Of a stretch of 64,000 nucleotides of DNA, positions 1-9,436 are shown in pieces. The translations under genes and the position numbers were made by a program. The stretch is taken from NCBI GenBank assembly GCA_963843795.1, contig CAWJLW010000006.1, forward strand, positions 3,298,375 through 3,362,374. Reading direction: 5' to 3'. The stretch's first letter is position 1. Every line of letters begins with the position of its first letter. The DNA comes from an uncultured bacterium (GTDB taxonomy: Bacteria > Armatimonadota > Abditibacteriia > Abditibacteriales > Abditibacteriaceae). The notes under the pieces are model-generated. The model was not told the DNA's origin. It did no database searches and saw nothing but the letters and a program-made list of their open reading frames with translations.

Positions 1-2534
1 CACTGGCGCGCGTCTTCGTTTTGTAGCGCGCTGGCGGGAGTGGAGTAGCTCATGTTGTAGCCGAGCGCTAAAGTCCAGGCGAGCGTGGACGGGTCGGTGA
101 CGAACTGGCCTAGATCGTGGTGCAAAAAAGCGACTTTATCGTGCGCCATAATCTGCGCCAAAGGAAATAATTCCCAACAATTGGCGGGCCAGCGGTCGCT
201 GAGCAAGCGCCGCCATTCGGGCGCGCCTCCGGTTGGAACCGTGCTGAAACTCATGCCACAAAACTGAGCTTCCCAGTTCATAACGCGATCCCAACCGTTT
301 TCGGTCGAGAGAGGTCGCGTCTGTGCATCTTCACTCGCTTGTCGCACCATACCATCGATATAAGCGTAAGGCGTGGGCGATGAGGGATTGAGATCGTATT
401 TCCAACTGCGCGCTCCGACCTGATCTTGAAACAGCACATCGACACCCAAATCCTGCACGAACTGCGCGCGAATTTTCCGATTCACCGCGCGTACGGCGGG
501 ATGCCAGAAGGTGACCAGCCAACCATCGTTGGCACCGTATTTATCGTAATGCGGATTGCCATCCAACGCCAAAGCCAGCGGCGCTGTACCTTCGCGCAAA
601 AACGTCGGGCCCCGCGGATGGTCACACCACCACGTCGGGTTGGTATAAGGCACCAGCAAATGTCCACGCGCGTGACCGTCATCGAACAACTGCTTCATTT
701 GCGCCATCGTGCCGAAATTGGCATTGGGCGGCAGGTGGTCGGGCAATTCTTTATCGAAGCCGCCATGCAAATAATCTGCGAAATGAATTTGGGTGGGAAC
801 CGGCAAATACTGTAAATTGGCGAGCTTCTGGGCCGCATTGCCGCTGTAATAAACCAACACCGAGCGCTTCCATTTGTCCAATAATTCGGGCGTCATTTTG
901 TCTTGCAAACGGCGCGTGAAACCGTTGTCCCGCACATACTGACGCGCTTGATTTTCCGCACTATCGCCGACTGTCAAGCGCACAATCGGCGATTGCCAGC
1001 TTTGCCCGCTGGCGACAAAAGTTGCGAAATGACGATCCAGAAAACCTCCCTGCTCGTCGCTGCCGATTTCCCAATGCAAGGGCACAAAAATCGGTTCCGC
1101 AGCGGTTGCGGCTGTTACGAAATTGTGCGGCTGTGGGTTTTGAGGCTGCACACCGTAGAGCGAAGTACTTGCAGAGGCCTCTGCGCCATCGAAATGAAAA
1201 AAATCGGCGAATGAGCCGGGATAATCGGAGCCATAACTGAAATGCAATTCGGGTTTGAGCGCGCTGTAAAACGAGTAGCCGCCGGTTTCAAACCAGTGTC
1301 CGCCACCGCGCACCCAACCCGCGATAGCCTGCGCAGTTGCAATTGTGTCGCTGTTTTCGGGCACCGGTAGCCATTCGCCATACGGATTGACAATCGCCGC
1401 CCAATCGTCTTTTAAAGCCGCTATCATCTGAGCGGTCGAGTTAATTTCGATGAACTGCGCCGTGCCTGAATTGACGACCGGCAATTTCTGCAACCGAGCG
1501 CGCCATTCATCAACCGTCACACCCGCCCAACCACCGCTTTGCGGGCCGTTTTTTAAGGCCAACAAACCGATTTTACGACGTGGAGCGGGCGCTTTCGCTG
1601 CTTCGCTCGCCACATGATTCACCGTCGCGGCCACGAGAGCCGCGATATTTGGAATCGCCACGTTTTCCACGCCACCTCCGACGCGCCACAGCAAACCTGC
1701 TCCACCCAGCGCACTGCCAGCGAAATACGGCCCGTGCGCCGAATCGACCAGCACGACATCGACCTGCGAACGCAGCGAAGGCCGATTGACAACCAACGCA
1801 GTTTTCCCTAAAGTCGAAGCCAACTCGGCACCAAGCCATTCGCGTCCGGTTGGCGTGACAGTTAGTTCGATGGGCATTTCGTCTGTGGATCGCGAATCCA
1901 AAGCACCGCCCCACACTGCGCTATACGCCGCCGGGCTGCCGCCTGCGTTGCGCCAACTCGCGGGATTTGTGGCCGATTGAGTTCCGAAAAACGGCGTTTT
2001 GAACGCCAGACCGGTCGCATCGTGACTTTGGGCCGGAACGATCAAGCGCCGCATCTGCGCCGGTGAAAAACGCAAGCGCGATGGCAAAGCAAAGTCGAGC
2101 AGCGCATTAGATTTATCTTCTTTTTGTGGTGTCAATCGCGCCGAAAAATCGACACCGCGCGCCGTGGTTTGCGCGCTCACATCAACTTTCAGGCGCGAAT
2201 GCACGAACTGCAAAAGCGCCGCGCCACGCGCGCCATCAACTTTCGCTGTCATCTGGCAATCGTGAGCCGAAATCACAGTTCCGTCTTGGAAACGCGCGTG
2301 CCATAAACCATTTTCGCCGCTTTGCCACAAAGAAGTTTTTTGACTGGCACTCGCCACGCGCACGATGTCGCCGTTGGCGGCACTCAGCGCGACAAAATAT
2401 CCTGCTCCAGAAAGTTCAATACGAGAGCCGCGCTGCGCTATGGCCGCACGCGCCACGTTGGCGGTATTTGTCAGATAAAGCATCGATAACAAAACGCCAA
2501 TTTTCAGCGCCGTGAGTGTTTCTTGAATTCGCAT
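1..2534 (-). CDS. Secreted uncharacterised glycoside-hydrolase-like protein (DUF6259-like), runs off the window start
   Basis: Absent from the ORF track because there is no stop in the window. Hand translation from ATG 2534 gives MRIQETLTALKIGVLLSMLYLTNTANVARA (signal peptide) ...FADFFH...YLHGGFDKELPDHLPP...PYTNPTWWCDHPRGPT. Frame checked at several points; family call is by recall. Confidence 0.7.
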   Translation of the reverse strand, partial: MRIQETLTALKIGVLLSMLYLTNTANVARAAIAQRGSRIELSGAGYFVALSAANGDIVRVASASQKTSLWQSGENGLWHARFQDGTVISAHDCQMTAKVDGARGAALLQFVHSRLKVDVSAQTTARGVDFSARLTPQKEDKSNALLDFALPSRLRFSPAQMRRLIVPAQSHDATGLAFKTPFFGTQSATNPASWRNAGGSPAAYSAVWGGALDSRSTDEMPIELTVTPTGREWLGAELASTLGKTALVVNRPSLRSQVDVVLVDSAHGPYFAGSALGGAGLLWRVGGGVENVAIPNIAALVAATVNHVASEAAKAPAPRRKIGLLALKNGPQSGGWAGVTVDEWRARLQKLPVVNSGTAQFIEINSTAQMIAALKDDWAAIVNPYGEWLPVPENSDTIATAQAIAGWVRGGGHWFETGGYSFYSALKPELHFSYGSDYPGSFADFFHFDGAEASASTSLYGVQPQNPQPHNFVTAATAAEPIFVPLHWEIGSDEQGGFLDRHFATFVASGQSWQSPIVRLTVGDSAENQARQYVRDNGFTRRLQDKMTPELLDKWKRSVLVYYSGNAAQKLANLQYLPVPTQIHFADYLHGGFDKELPDHLPPNANFGTMAQMKQLFDDGHARGHLLVPYTNPTWWCDHPRGPTFLREGTAPLALALDGNPHYDKYGANDGWLVTFWHPAVRAVNRKIRAQFVQDLGVDVLFQDQVGARSWKYDLNPSSPTPYAYIDGMVRQASEDAQTRPLSTENGWDRVMNWEAQFCGMSFSTVPTGGAPEWRRLLSDRWPANCWELFPLAQIMAHDKVAFLHHDLGQFVTDPSTLAWTLALGYNMSYSTPASALQNEDARQ

Positions 2535-2605
2535 AGGTTTCTCTGACTGGTTTTGGGCGGTGCAGTTTTGCTTTGAAAAGCGCGCTGCAAGTACTTGCAA
2601 CGCCT

Positions 2606-2649
2606 AATACAAAAGCGCCCTGCAAGTACTTGCAGAGCGCTTTTGTATT
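2606..2649. terminator. Palindrome-tipped hairpin, probable intrinsic terminator
   Basis: aatacaaaagcgccc-TGCAAGTACTTGCA-gagcgcttttgtatt, 12 nt past the stop of the 2662-4047 gene. Confidence 0.7.
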
Positions 2650-2661
2650 TCAGTTTGAGCT

Positions 2662-4047
2662 TTACGAAAGAATTTGCCCGGCGATGAGCAGCAGGGCTTC
2701 GACACGCGGTGCGGGTGCGAGGCCGCGCGCTTCCAGAATGGCGCGGCTGATGTTGCGACCGGCCAAATCTTGCAGCGGCGCAGCGCGCAAACGCAACTGC
2801 GAGCGGCGCGCGCCGGCAACGGATTGTAGGAAGGAACCGACCTGCACGCGTCCACCTTTCCACGTCAGTTGCTTGCCCCAATCGCGTCCGCGCCACAAAT
2901 CGTGCAGCACCATCAAGCGCGCCAATCGGCTTTGCAGTTGGTCTTTATAGGTGCCCGAATCGGCAGTCAGCGAATAATTCCACATGCGGTCGAGGAGCGA
3001 AGCTTCGATGGCGGGGGTGGCAGTCGGATAAATCGCGGGCAGCGCATCAGAAAGCGCGCGCAACACTTCGTTTTGCGGTGGCAATTGCAGCAAAACCGGA
3101 ATCGCACGCTGATCGTATTTAGCAGCCACTTGCGCCAGCGCCGAAATGCGGTCGGCGGTGCTGGAACTGAGCGTGGTCTGCGAAATTTCCGATAAATTGG
3201 TGCGCGCAACGGCGAGGCTTTTTAATCCGGGATAGTTGATATCGTTGGCAATGCGACGCGCTGTGCCCAGATCGAACAACGCCGCCGCACCGGCAACTTC
3301 AGCCAGCAGAAAATCGCGTTCGCCGCCCGAATTCAATTTGCGCACGCTGGTCGAGGCTTCTTTCACCGCAGCTTCGCGCAACGCGGGATTTAAGGAAGCC
3401 ATGCGACGCGCCACGTAGGTGAGCGCACGCGCGCGATAAAGCGCATTGGGTTCGCGGCGCGCAGCTTTTTGCGCATCGATAGCATATTGGTTGGCCGCAG
3501 TCCAGTTGGTGCGCTCGGCGCGCTGTGACAGCGACAAAAATGCACCCGCGCGTGCAGCGTTATCGCTCAGGCCGCCCGCAATACGGCGCGCGAACTGGCC
3601 ATCGCGGCGCGTGGCGGAATCGAAAAAGTCGGCAAGAGCATCGACACGCCGCGTGCGCGAAACGCCGCCCGCCATCGCTAGTTTGAGCCAGCGATTAGTG
3701 AGATTCGAGCGTTCGGGTTCCTGCAAAGCGGGCAGCAACGACGAAGCGCCGCGCACTGCGTTAAGGCGCGTCTGCGAATTGGCAACTGCAGATTCGCGCT
3801 CGGCCAGTGTGAAGGCTTCGCCAATGAGCGCAGCGGCTTGTTCCGAAAGTGCGGGCGTGACCGAAGCGGTGCCCGCCATCATTGGCGGGGCGGGAGTGTC
3901 CTGAGCTAAAACCGTTGCGCTGAGCGTGGCCATTAACAGCGGTGTTATGGCCAGAGCATAGAATGTCGAAAACGATTTCGTCGAAAACGATTTTGTAGCG
4001 TGGTTGTCTGCGTTGCCGTCCTGTCTGCCTGGATTGTGTATCGCCAT
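2662..4047 (-). CDS. Secreted Ala/Arg-rich helical hypothetical protein
   Basis: Long ORF; likely start MAIHNPG at 4047; signal-like segment ALAITPLLMATLSATVLA-QD. Confidence 0.75.
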   Translation of the reverse strand: MAIHNPGRQDGNADNHATKSFSTKSFSTFYALAITPLLMATLSATVLAQDTPAPPMMAGTASVTPALSEQAAALIGEAFTLAERESAVANSQTRLNAVRGASSLLPALQEPERSNLTNRWLKLAMAGGVSRTRRVDALADFFDSATRRDGQFARRIAGGLSDNAARAGAFLSLSQRAERTNWTAANQYAIDAQKAARREPNALYRARALTYVARRMASLNPALREAAVKEASTSVRKLNSGGERDFLLAEVAGAAALFDLGTARRIANDINYPGLKSLAVARTNLSEISQTTLSSSTADRISALAQVAAKYDQRAIPVLLQLPPQNEVLRALSDALPAIYPTATPAIEASLLDRMWNYSLTADSGTYKDQLQSRLARLMVLHDLWRGRDWGKQLTWKGGRVQVGSFLQSVAGARRSQLRLRAAPLQDLAGRNISRAILEARGLAPAPRVEALLLIAGQILS

Positions 4048-4376
4048 AGAATTTCGTTTCAAAACGCACCTCTTCCTAACCCGGAATTTCTTTCGCCGCG
4101 TTCCAAGGGTCTGTCCCAATGGTTTGTAGAGCGCTGCGAATTAACCTTTTGTTTACCCTGTTTTCGCCGTTGGTTTTCGCCTTCGGTTTTGCCTCAATAT
4201 TTGCGCGCTTGCGAGCGGCTGTGAAACGGTGGTTTTCCACATTTTCGGCGCACCGCGCGACGTTAAGGTGCCACTATTGTAACAAACGTAGAGGTCGCGC
4301 GTGAATGTGCCTCGTTACACTGCAAACTGCATTGCAAATCGCGACACTTCCCAACAACTTTCTCAGGAGTTTAATT

Positions 4377-4835
4377 ATGAACGAAAAAACCATCGCACCA
4401 GGCCTCACGACAACTGGTCAGCCCACCGTACAAGACCTGGAAAAATTTGCCGCCGATGGCGTGCAAACTGTCATCAACCTGCGCACTGTAGAGGAAGCAG
4501 ATTATTGGGCCGACGAAGCTCAGGCCGTCAAAGACCACGGACTCGATTACGCTCACATTCCGATTGCTTCCCAAACCATCAGCGACGCCGATGTCGCTTT
4601 ATTTTCCCAAGCCATCGGCAGCGTCGAGAGTATGCCCGCCGTCATCCACTGCAAAAGCGGCGGGCGCGCCGGTTTGATGACGCTGTTGCACCTTGCCGTG
4701 CAAAACGGCTGGACGTTGCAGGAAACTTTGGAAACCGGCGATAAAATCGGCGCTTCGCCCGCGCCCGATTCGCCCTATCGCGACTTCTTCGAGCATTACA
4801 TTCGTCGTCACTCCGCAGGCGAACGCGGCGAATAA
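4377..4835 (+). CDS. DUF442/BLH-like Cys phosphatase or sulfurtransferase-fold protein
   Basis: GQPT...VINLR...HCKSGGRAG (CX5R loop); AGGAG Shine-Dalgarno before ATG 4377. Confidence 0.85.
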   Translation: MNEKTIAPGLTTTGQPTVQDLEKFAADGVQTVINLRTVEEADYWADEAQAVKDHGLDYAHIPIASQTISDADVALFSQAIGSVESMPAVIHCKSGGRAGLMTLLHLAVQNGWTLQETLETGDKIGASPAPDSPYRDFFEHYIRRHSAGERGE

Positions 4836-4844
4836 CATCCGAAT

Positions 4845-4880
4845 CAAAAGCACGCTGCAAGTACTTGCAGCGTGCTTTTG
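4845..4880. terminator. Perfect 36-bp palindrome, bidirectional terminator between convergent genes
   Basis: caaaagcacgc-TGCAAGTACTTGCA-gcgtgcttttg. Confidence 0.75.
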
Positions 4881-4896
4881 GGTTTTCTCGTCGTTT

Positions 4897-6405
4897 TCAA
4901 ATCGCGCCACGCGCTTTCAATTTCATATAACGATTAACGGTTGCAATTGTCAACTGGCTGGCATCGACATCTAAAATTCCTACGCCTTGCCGACGCAGAT
5001 TCTCGAAAACCGCAACGCGCTGGCTCAACATCTTTTGCGCCATCGCTTTTTCGTATAAATCGTTCATGTTTTGCGGCAGTTGTCCAGCCAATTCGGCCAC
5101 ATCGCGATTACTGATCGCGACGCACATCGCGCTGTGATGGCGGCGCAAAGTCGCTGAAGCAGTCAAAAGTTCGCGCGAGGCGAACGGGTCGATGACATCG
5201 GTGAAAGTCACGACTAAAGAACGACGAATTTTGCGTGCATCGAGATACGTGTAAGCCGCGCCGTAATCTGGCTCGACGAGTTGCGGTTGCGCGCCGTAAA
5301 GCGCTTCGATGATTTGGCCGGTTTGCAGGCGACCTTTGCGCGGCGGAACCCAAGTTTTCACGCCATCGGCGAACAACAGCAAACCGACGCTATCGCCCAT
5401 CGAAGCCGCGACGTGCGATAGCAAAACTGTGGCGTTAATTGCGCAATCGAGCTTTGATAGCGGAACATCGGGCGAATTGTCAAGCGCGATTTTGGGGTCG
5501 GGTGCAAGTACTTGCAGGGTGCCGAAGTGCGCTTCGGAATCGAGGGAAGTGGGGATTGTGGCTTTCACATGAGCGGCGCGCGCGTGAGCGAGTGCAGTCA
5601 TCATTCGCCCGCAATCCAAAGCAATGATAATGGTTTGGTCGCGTTCGATTTCGTAATTGGTCGAAATCAAACGTCCGCGCCGCGCCGAGGCTTTCCAGTT
5701 GATATTTTTGAATTCATCGCCCGGCGTATAATCGCGCAGACTTTCGTATTCCGTTCCCTGCCCACGGGAACGCAAACGGTGCAAACCCAGTTCGCTGGCG
5801 CGCCCCAAACGCAATTGCAATTCGTAACGCTTGACTTCGCTCACATCGGGATAAACGCGCACGGTTTGCGCGGCGGGCGTTTTAAATTGTCGCCACCACA
5901 AACCCAGCGGCGTTGGGTAGCGCGCGTATAAATCGCCAAATTCCCAGTCGCCGCGCCGCGTCGGTAGAATTTCGTAACTGGCCGAATCTTCGCTGCCCGC
6001 TTTGAGCGACAATCGCACCAATGGCAAACGTGTTGTATCGAGCGCGGTCGAGGCAGCAGAAATAGCGGTTGCAGGCAAATTTCCGCTATCGCGAAGGGGC
6101 CACTCGTGCGGCGCTTCGTCGCGAATCGTGATGGCAACTTCGCGTTGCGGCGCGCGTTCGGCCTGACGGCGGCGCGCATGAATGGTGATGCGATTGGCGG
6201 TTCCCAGATTCAAACGTGCGGAAGTTTCGCGCGTGATTTCCCATTGATCGGGACGCGGAGAAAGAAACCAATCCATCGCTGAAACCACGATAATTACGCC
6301 CAGATAAAGCAGCGCGATGGGAACAAAAAACGGCACCAGAGCGGCGCTGACCCAGAAAATCGCTCCCAACATCACGTAACCGGCCAATCGTAGCGAAGGC
6401 ATCAT
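4897..6405 (-). CDS. DUF58 family membrane protein (MoxR-associated, VWA-like)
   Basis: GQGTEYESLRDYTPGDEFKNINWKASARRG...DCGRMM motif; N-terminal transmembrane helices. Confidence 0.9.
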   Translation of the reverse strand: MMPSLRLAGYVMLGAIFWVSAALVPFFVPIALLYLGVIIVVSAMDWFLSPRPDQWEITRETSARLNLGTANRITIHARRRQAERAPQREVAITIRDEAPHEWPLRDSGNLPATAISAASTALDTTRLPLVRLSLKAGSEDSASYEILPTRRGDWEFGDLYARYPTPLGLWWRQFKTPAAQTVRVYPDVSEVKRYELQLRLGRASELGLHRLRSRGQGTEYESLRDYTPGDEFKNINWKASARRGRLISTNYEIERDQTIIIALDCGRMMTALAHARAAHVKATIPTSLDSEAHFGTLQVLAPDPKIALDNSPDVPLSKLDCAINATVLLSHVAASMGDSVGLLLFADGVKTWVPPRKGRLQTGQIIEALYGAQPQLVEPDYGAAYTYLDARKIRRSLVVTFTDVIDPFASRELLTASATLRRHHSAMCVAISNRDVAELAGQLPQNMNDLYEKAMAQKMLSQRVAVFENLRRQGVGILDVDASQLTIATVNRYMKLKARGAI

Positions 6406-6568
6406 AATTTAAGTTCATCCGTGGGCGCGACCAAACATCTCGCAAGTACTTGCAGCAAGGACTTGCACCCTTATTTTAACGCGCTGCTGTGGGAGGCGAT
6501 AAAGTAAGCAGTGGAGCCTGCGCGCCTTTGGCCGTTCTATAAACGCGATCACAGCTCGATTCAATGCT

Positions 6569-7303
6569 ATGAAATCTTTCTATCCCCTTGTTTTAATCGC
6601 TTTGGCCATCGGCGCATGGCAATTTCTGCCACGTCAGCCGACGGTCGAAATCAATATCGGCGAACCGAAAAAAACTGCTCCAACGAAAAAAATCTTGGCA
6701 GATAAAACGCCTTTATGGGAGCACGCGGCGCAAGCCATCAAAGACCAAACAGGCAACTGGAAGCTACCCGAAATCGCCATGCCGAAAATCGAACTGCCCG
6801 AAATAGTAGTCGAAGAATGGCCCGGCAGCATGGCAGCGAACAAGACCGCCAGAGTCACCTCTGGTGCGCAACTTTCGCATTATGAAACCATGCTTTGCAA
6901 TTTGGCCAACCGCGAACGCAAAGCCAAAGGTTTGAAACCATTGAAAATTTCGCCAGCACTGGCCGATGTCGCGCGCGCGCATTCCAAAGAAATGGCGCAA
7001 AAAGCTTATTTCGATCACCAATCGCCCGATCCCAAACGCCGCACCGTAATGGATCGCTACAAATTGAAATTTAAAGAAACGCCGCGCTTGGTTGCGGAAA
7101 ATATTTACAAATTGGAAGGCCCGTCGTTTTACAAACTGGGCGAAAAAGATTTTCGGCGCGCGCATACGGGTTGGATGAACTCGCCCGGCCATCGCGAAAA
7201 TATTCTACGCGACAGCCCTGCGGGCGGCCCGACCGAAATCGGAGTTGGGATTGTGGTTCGCAACGGTTCGTTCTGGGCCACACAGAACTTCGCGCGCCCA
7301 TGA
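6569..7303 (+). CDS. CAP/SCP domain (YkwD-like) exported protein
   Basis: NRERKAKGLKPL...ARAHSKEMAQKAYFDHQSP...AENI...GWMNSPGHRENIL. Confidence 0.9.
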   Translation: MKSFYPLVLIALAIGAWQFLPRQPTVEINIGEPKKTAPTKKILADKTPLWEHAAQAIKDQTGNWKLPEIAMPKIELPEIVVEEWPGSMAANKTARVTSGAQLSHYETMLCNLANRERKAKGLKPLKISPALADVARAHSKEMAQKAYFDHQSPDPKRRTVMDRYKLKFKETPRLVAENIYKLEGPSFYKLGEKDFRRAHTGWMNSPGHRENILRDSPAGGPTEIGVGIVVRNGSFWATQNFARP

Positions 7304-7352
7304 AGATGGCTCAAATTCTCCTATTAATTTCGTTCCCGAAAACGCGCTTTGC

Positions 7353-7381
7353 TTGACAGCTTGCAAGGCGTGTTTTACAAT
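7353..7381 (+). promoter_or_regulatory. Sigma70-type promoter of the ABC transporter operon
   Basis: TTGACA (7353-7358), 17-bp spacer, TACAAT (7376-7381). Confidence 0.75.
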
Positions 7382-7418
7382 GTGTGCGGCTTACTCTACC
7401 CACGAGGTAGGATTTGAA

Positions 7419-7505
7419 ATGAGACAATTTTTCCCGAAAACTATTCGCCGTTCGATGCGATGCTCAATGCGATGTCAATGCGCGCAAAGGTTGGCGCAGC
7501 GTTAA
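7419..7505 (+). CDS. Putative Cys/Met-rich leader peptide (28 aa)
   Basis: GAGGTAGG Shine-Dalgarno, then MRQFFPKTIRRSMRCSMRCQCAQRLAQR*; lies between the promoter and the transporter. Confidence 0.5.
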   Translation: MRQFFPKTIRRSMRCSMRCQCAQRLAQR

Positions 7506-7612
7506 AGCTTTGTGTGCTTGTTGGCAAGTACTTGCCACGCGTTTTGGGTTGAGTTTGGGAGCTGTCATGATTTCAAAAGTTGTTGCAAGCGCCGTTGGTG
7601 CGAGGTGGATGG

Positions 7613-8404
7613 ATGCAGATTCGCATTGAAGACGCGCGCAAAATTTATAAAAGTCGTTCCGGCCCGGTCGTCGCCCTGGACGGCGTAAATCTTACCATCG
7701 ACGAAGGCGAATTCGTGTGTTTGGTCGGGCCGTCGGGCTGTGGCAAATCGACGCTGTGCAATATGATTGCGGGTTTCGATACGCCGACTGAAGGTCGTTT
7801 GACTTTGAATGGCAAAACCATCAGCGGCCCTTCTATCGAGCGCGCGATGATGTTTCAGGAGCCGGCACTTTTTCCCTGGCTCAGCGCCCAAAGCAACGTC
7901 GAATTCGGCCTCAAAAGTTTAAAAATTCCCGCCGAAGAGCGCGCCGAACGCGCTCGCAAGTACTTGCAACTGGTGCATTTGTCGCAATTCGGTGGCGCGC
8001 AGCCGCACGAGCTTTCGGGTGGAATGCGACAGCGCGTGGCGCTGGCCCGTGCCCTTGCAGTTGAACCCAAAGTGCTTTTGATGGACGAACCGTTCGCCGC
8101 GTTAGATGCGCAGACGCGCGATCACTTGCACGTCGAACTGGAAAACATCTGGCGACAAACGCGCAAAACCATTGTTTTCGTGACGCACAACGTGCGTGAA
8201 GCGGTGACATTGGCAACGCGTATCGTGGTGTTTACAGCGCGTCCGGGCCGCATCAAAGCCGAATTCGATCTCGAAGATTTGGAGTATCCGCGCGGCGGTG
8301 GGCAAACGTTGGTCAATGAAACGGTGGCGCGTGTGCAAAGCGCCCTGCGCGATGAAGTCGCCAAAGTTGAAGCCAAAGAATACGATTCAGGAGGCAGCGT
8401 GTGA
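7613..8404 (+). CDS. NitT/TauT/SsuB-family ABC transporter ATP-binding protein
   Basis: GPSGCGKST Walker A, LSGGMRQR signature, LMDEPFAALD, FVTHN. Confidence 0.93.
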   Translation: MQIRIEDARKIYKSRSGPVVALDGVNLTIDEGEFVCLVGPSGCGKSTLCNMIAGFDTPTEGRLTLNGKTISGPSIERAMMFQEPALFPWLSAQSNVEFGLKSLKIPAEERAERARKYLQLVHLSQFGGAQPHELSGGMRQRVALARALAVEPKVLLMDEPFAALDAQTRDHLHVELENIWRQTRKTIVFVTHNVREAVTLATRIVVFTARPGRIKAEFDLEDLEYPRGGGQTLVNETVARVQSALRDEVAKVEAKEYDSGGSV

Positions 8405-9429
8405 ATCCGGAATCGCCCCGAACTCCTCCCCATTCAGAACGTATTTCGCCATCGGGTGTAGCCGAAGCGACTTCAAGCGGCGTGGCCGCGGCCAATGTAG
8501 CGGCGACCATTTCGCCTGCACGCGACTCGAAATCTCCGGAGCAAGATACCCAGCGCGAAAGGCGTGCGAAGTGGAACGATACTCTCATTCGCATCGCTTT
8601 CGTAGCCTTTTTGATCGCGCTGTGGCACGGCGCGCATTACGTTCTGGTGACGCGTTTGGATGCGTGGTCGGGCGCGCTGTTTCCCTCGCCGGGTCAGGTT
8701 TTGGGCTGGCTGTGGGACGGCTTTGGCTTTTCCTATCTCACGCACAATTACATTCCGGTCCCGGGCGCGCGCGCGCCCCAATCGCTGGGCGAAGCGATTA
8801 TGCAGAAAGATTATCTGCGCGCCATCGGCTCGAGCCTGGGGCGTTTGCTGGTTGGCTATGGCATCGCTGTCACGATTGGTTTTCCGTTGGGCTTGCTGGT
8901 CGCGCGCTTTGCGTGGGCTGAAAAAACTATCGGTTGGCTCAGTTCGAGTTTGCAATCTCTGCCCTCGATTTGTTGGATTCCGCTTGCTTTATTGTGGCTG
9001 GGCCGTTTCGGTGTGTGGCCGATTATTTTTGTCACGGTGATGGGCGCATTGTTCGCGACCGTGATTGCGGTTGCTGATGGCATCGCGAACGTACCACCGC
9101 TTTTGGCGCGTGCAGGACGCACTCTGGGCGCCGAAGGTATGCGCTTGTATTTCGGCGTGCTATTGCCCGCCGCATTGCCCGGCGTGGTGACAGGTTTAAA
9201 AATTGGCTGGTCGTTCGCATGGCGTTCGTTAATGGCGGCAGAATTGATCGTCAATTCGGGCGGACTGGGTTTTTTATTGCAACGCGACCGCGATTATGGT
9301 GATGCCGATGGCGTGCTGGCGACGATCTTAGTGATTATTGTCATCGGATTAGGCGTTCAAGCCTTGATTTTCGCGCCCGTTGAACGACGTTTACAGCGGT
9401 TGTGGGGCTTGAGCGGAGTGAGGAATTGA
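8401..9429 (+). CDS. NitT/TauT/SsuC-family ABC transporter permease
   Basis: Multiple transmembrane helices; AGRTLGA loop; WRSLMAAEL. Confidence 0.9.
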   Translation: MNPESPRTPPHSERISPSGVAEATSSGVAAANVAATISPARDSKSPEQDTQRERRAKWNDTLIRIAFVAFLIALWHGAHYVLVTRLDAWSGALFPSPGQVLGWLWDGFGFSYLTHNYIPVPGARAPQSLGEAIMQKDYLRAIGSSLGRLLVGYGIAVTIGFPLGLLVARFAWAEKTIGWLSSSLQSLPSICWIPLALLWLGRFGVWPIIFVTVMGALFATVIAVADGIANVPPLLARAGRTLGAEGMRLYFGVLLPAALPGVVTGLKIGWSFAWRSLMAAELIVNSGGLGFLLQRDRDYGDADGVLATILVIIVIGLGVQALIFAPVERRLQRLWGLSGVRN

Positions 9430-9436
9430 AGAGAAT

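Noticed and set aside
85..2515. Many short ORFs in the track here, and antisense ORFs elsewhere (e.g. 27125-28066, 43221-44111)
   Set aside because: They are shadows of real genes on the other strand or frame; this region is occupied by the long minus-strand CDS starting at 2534.
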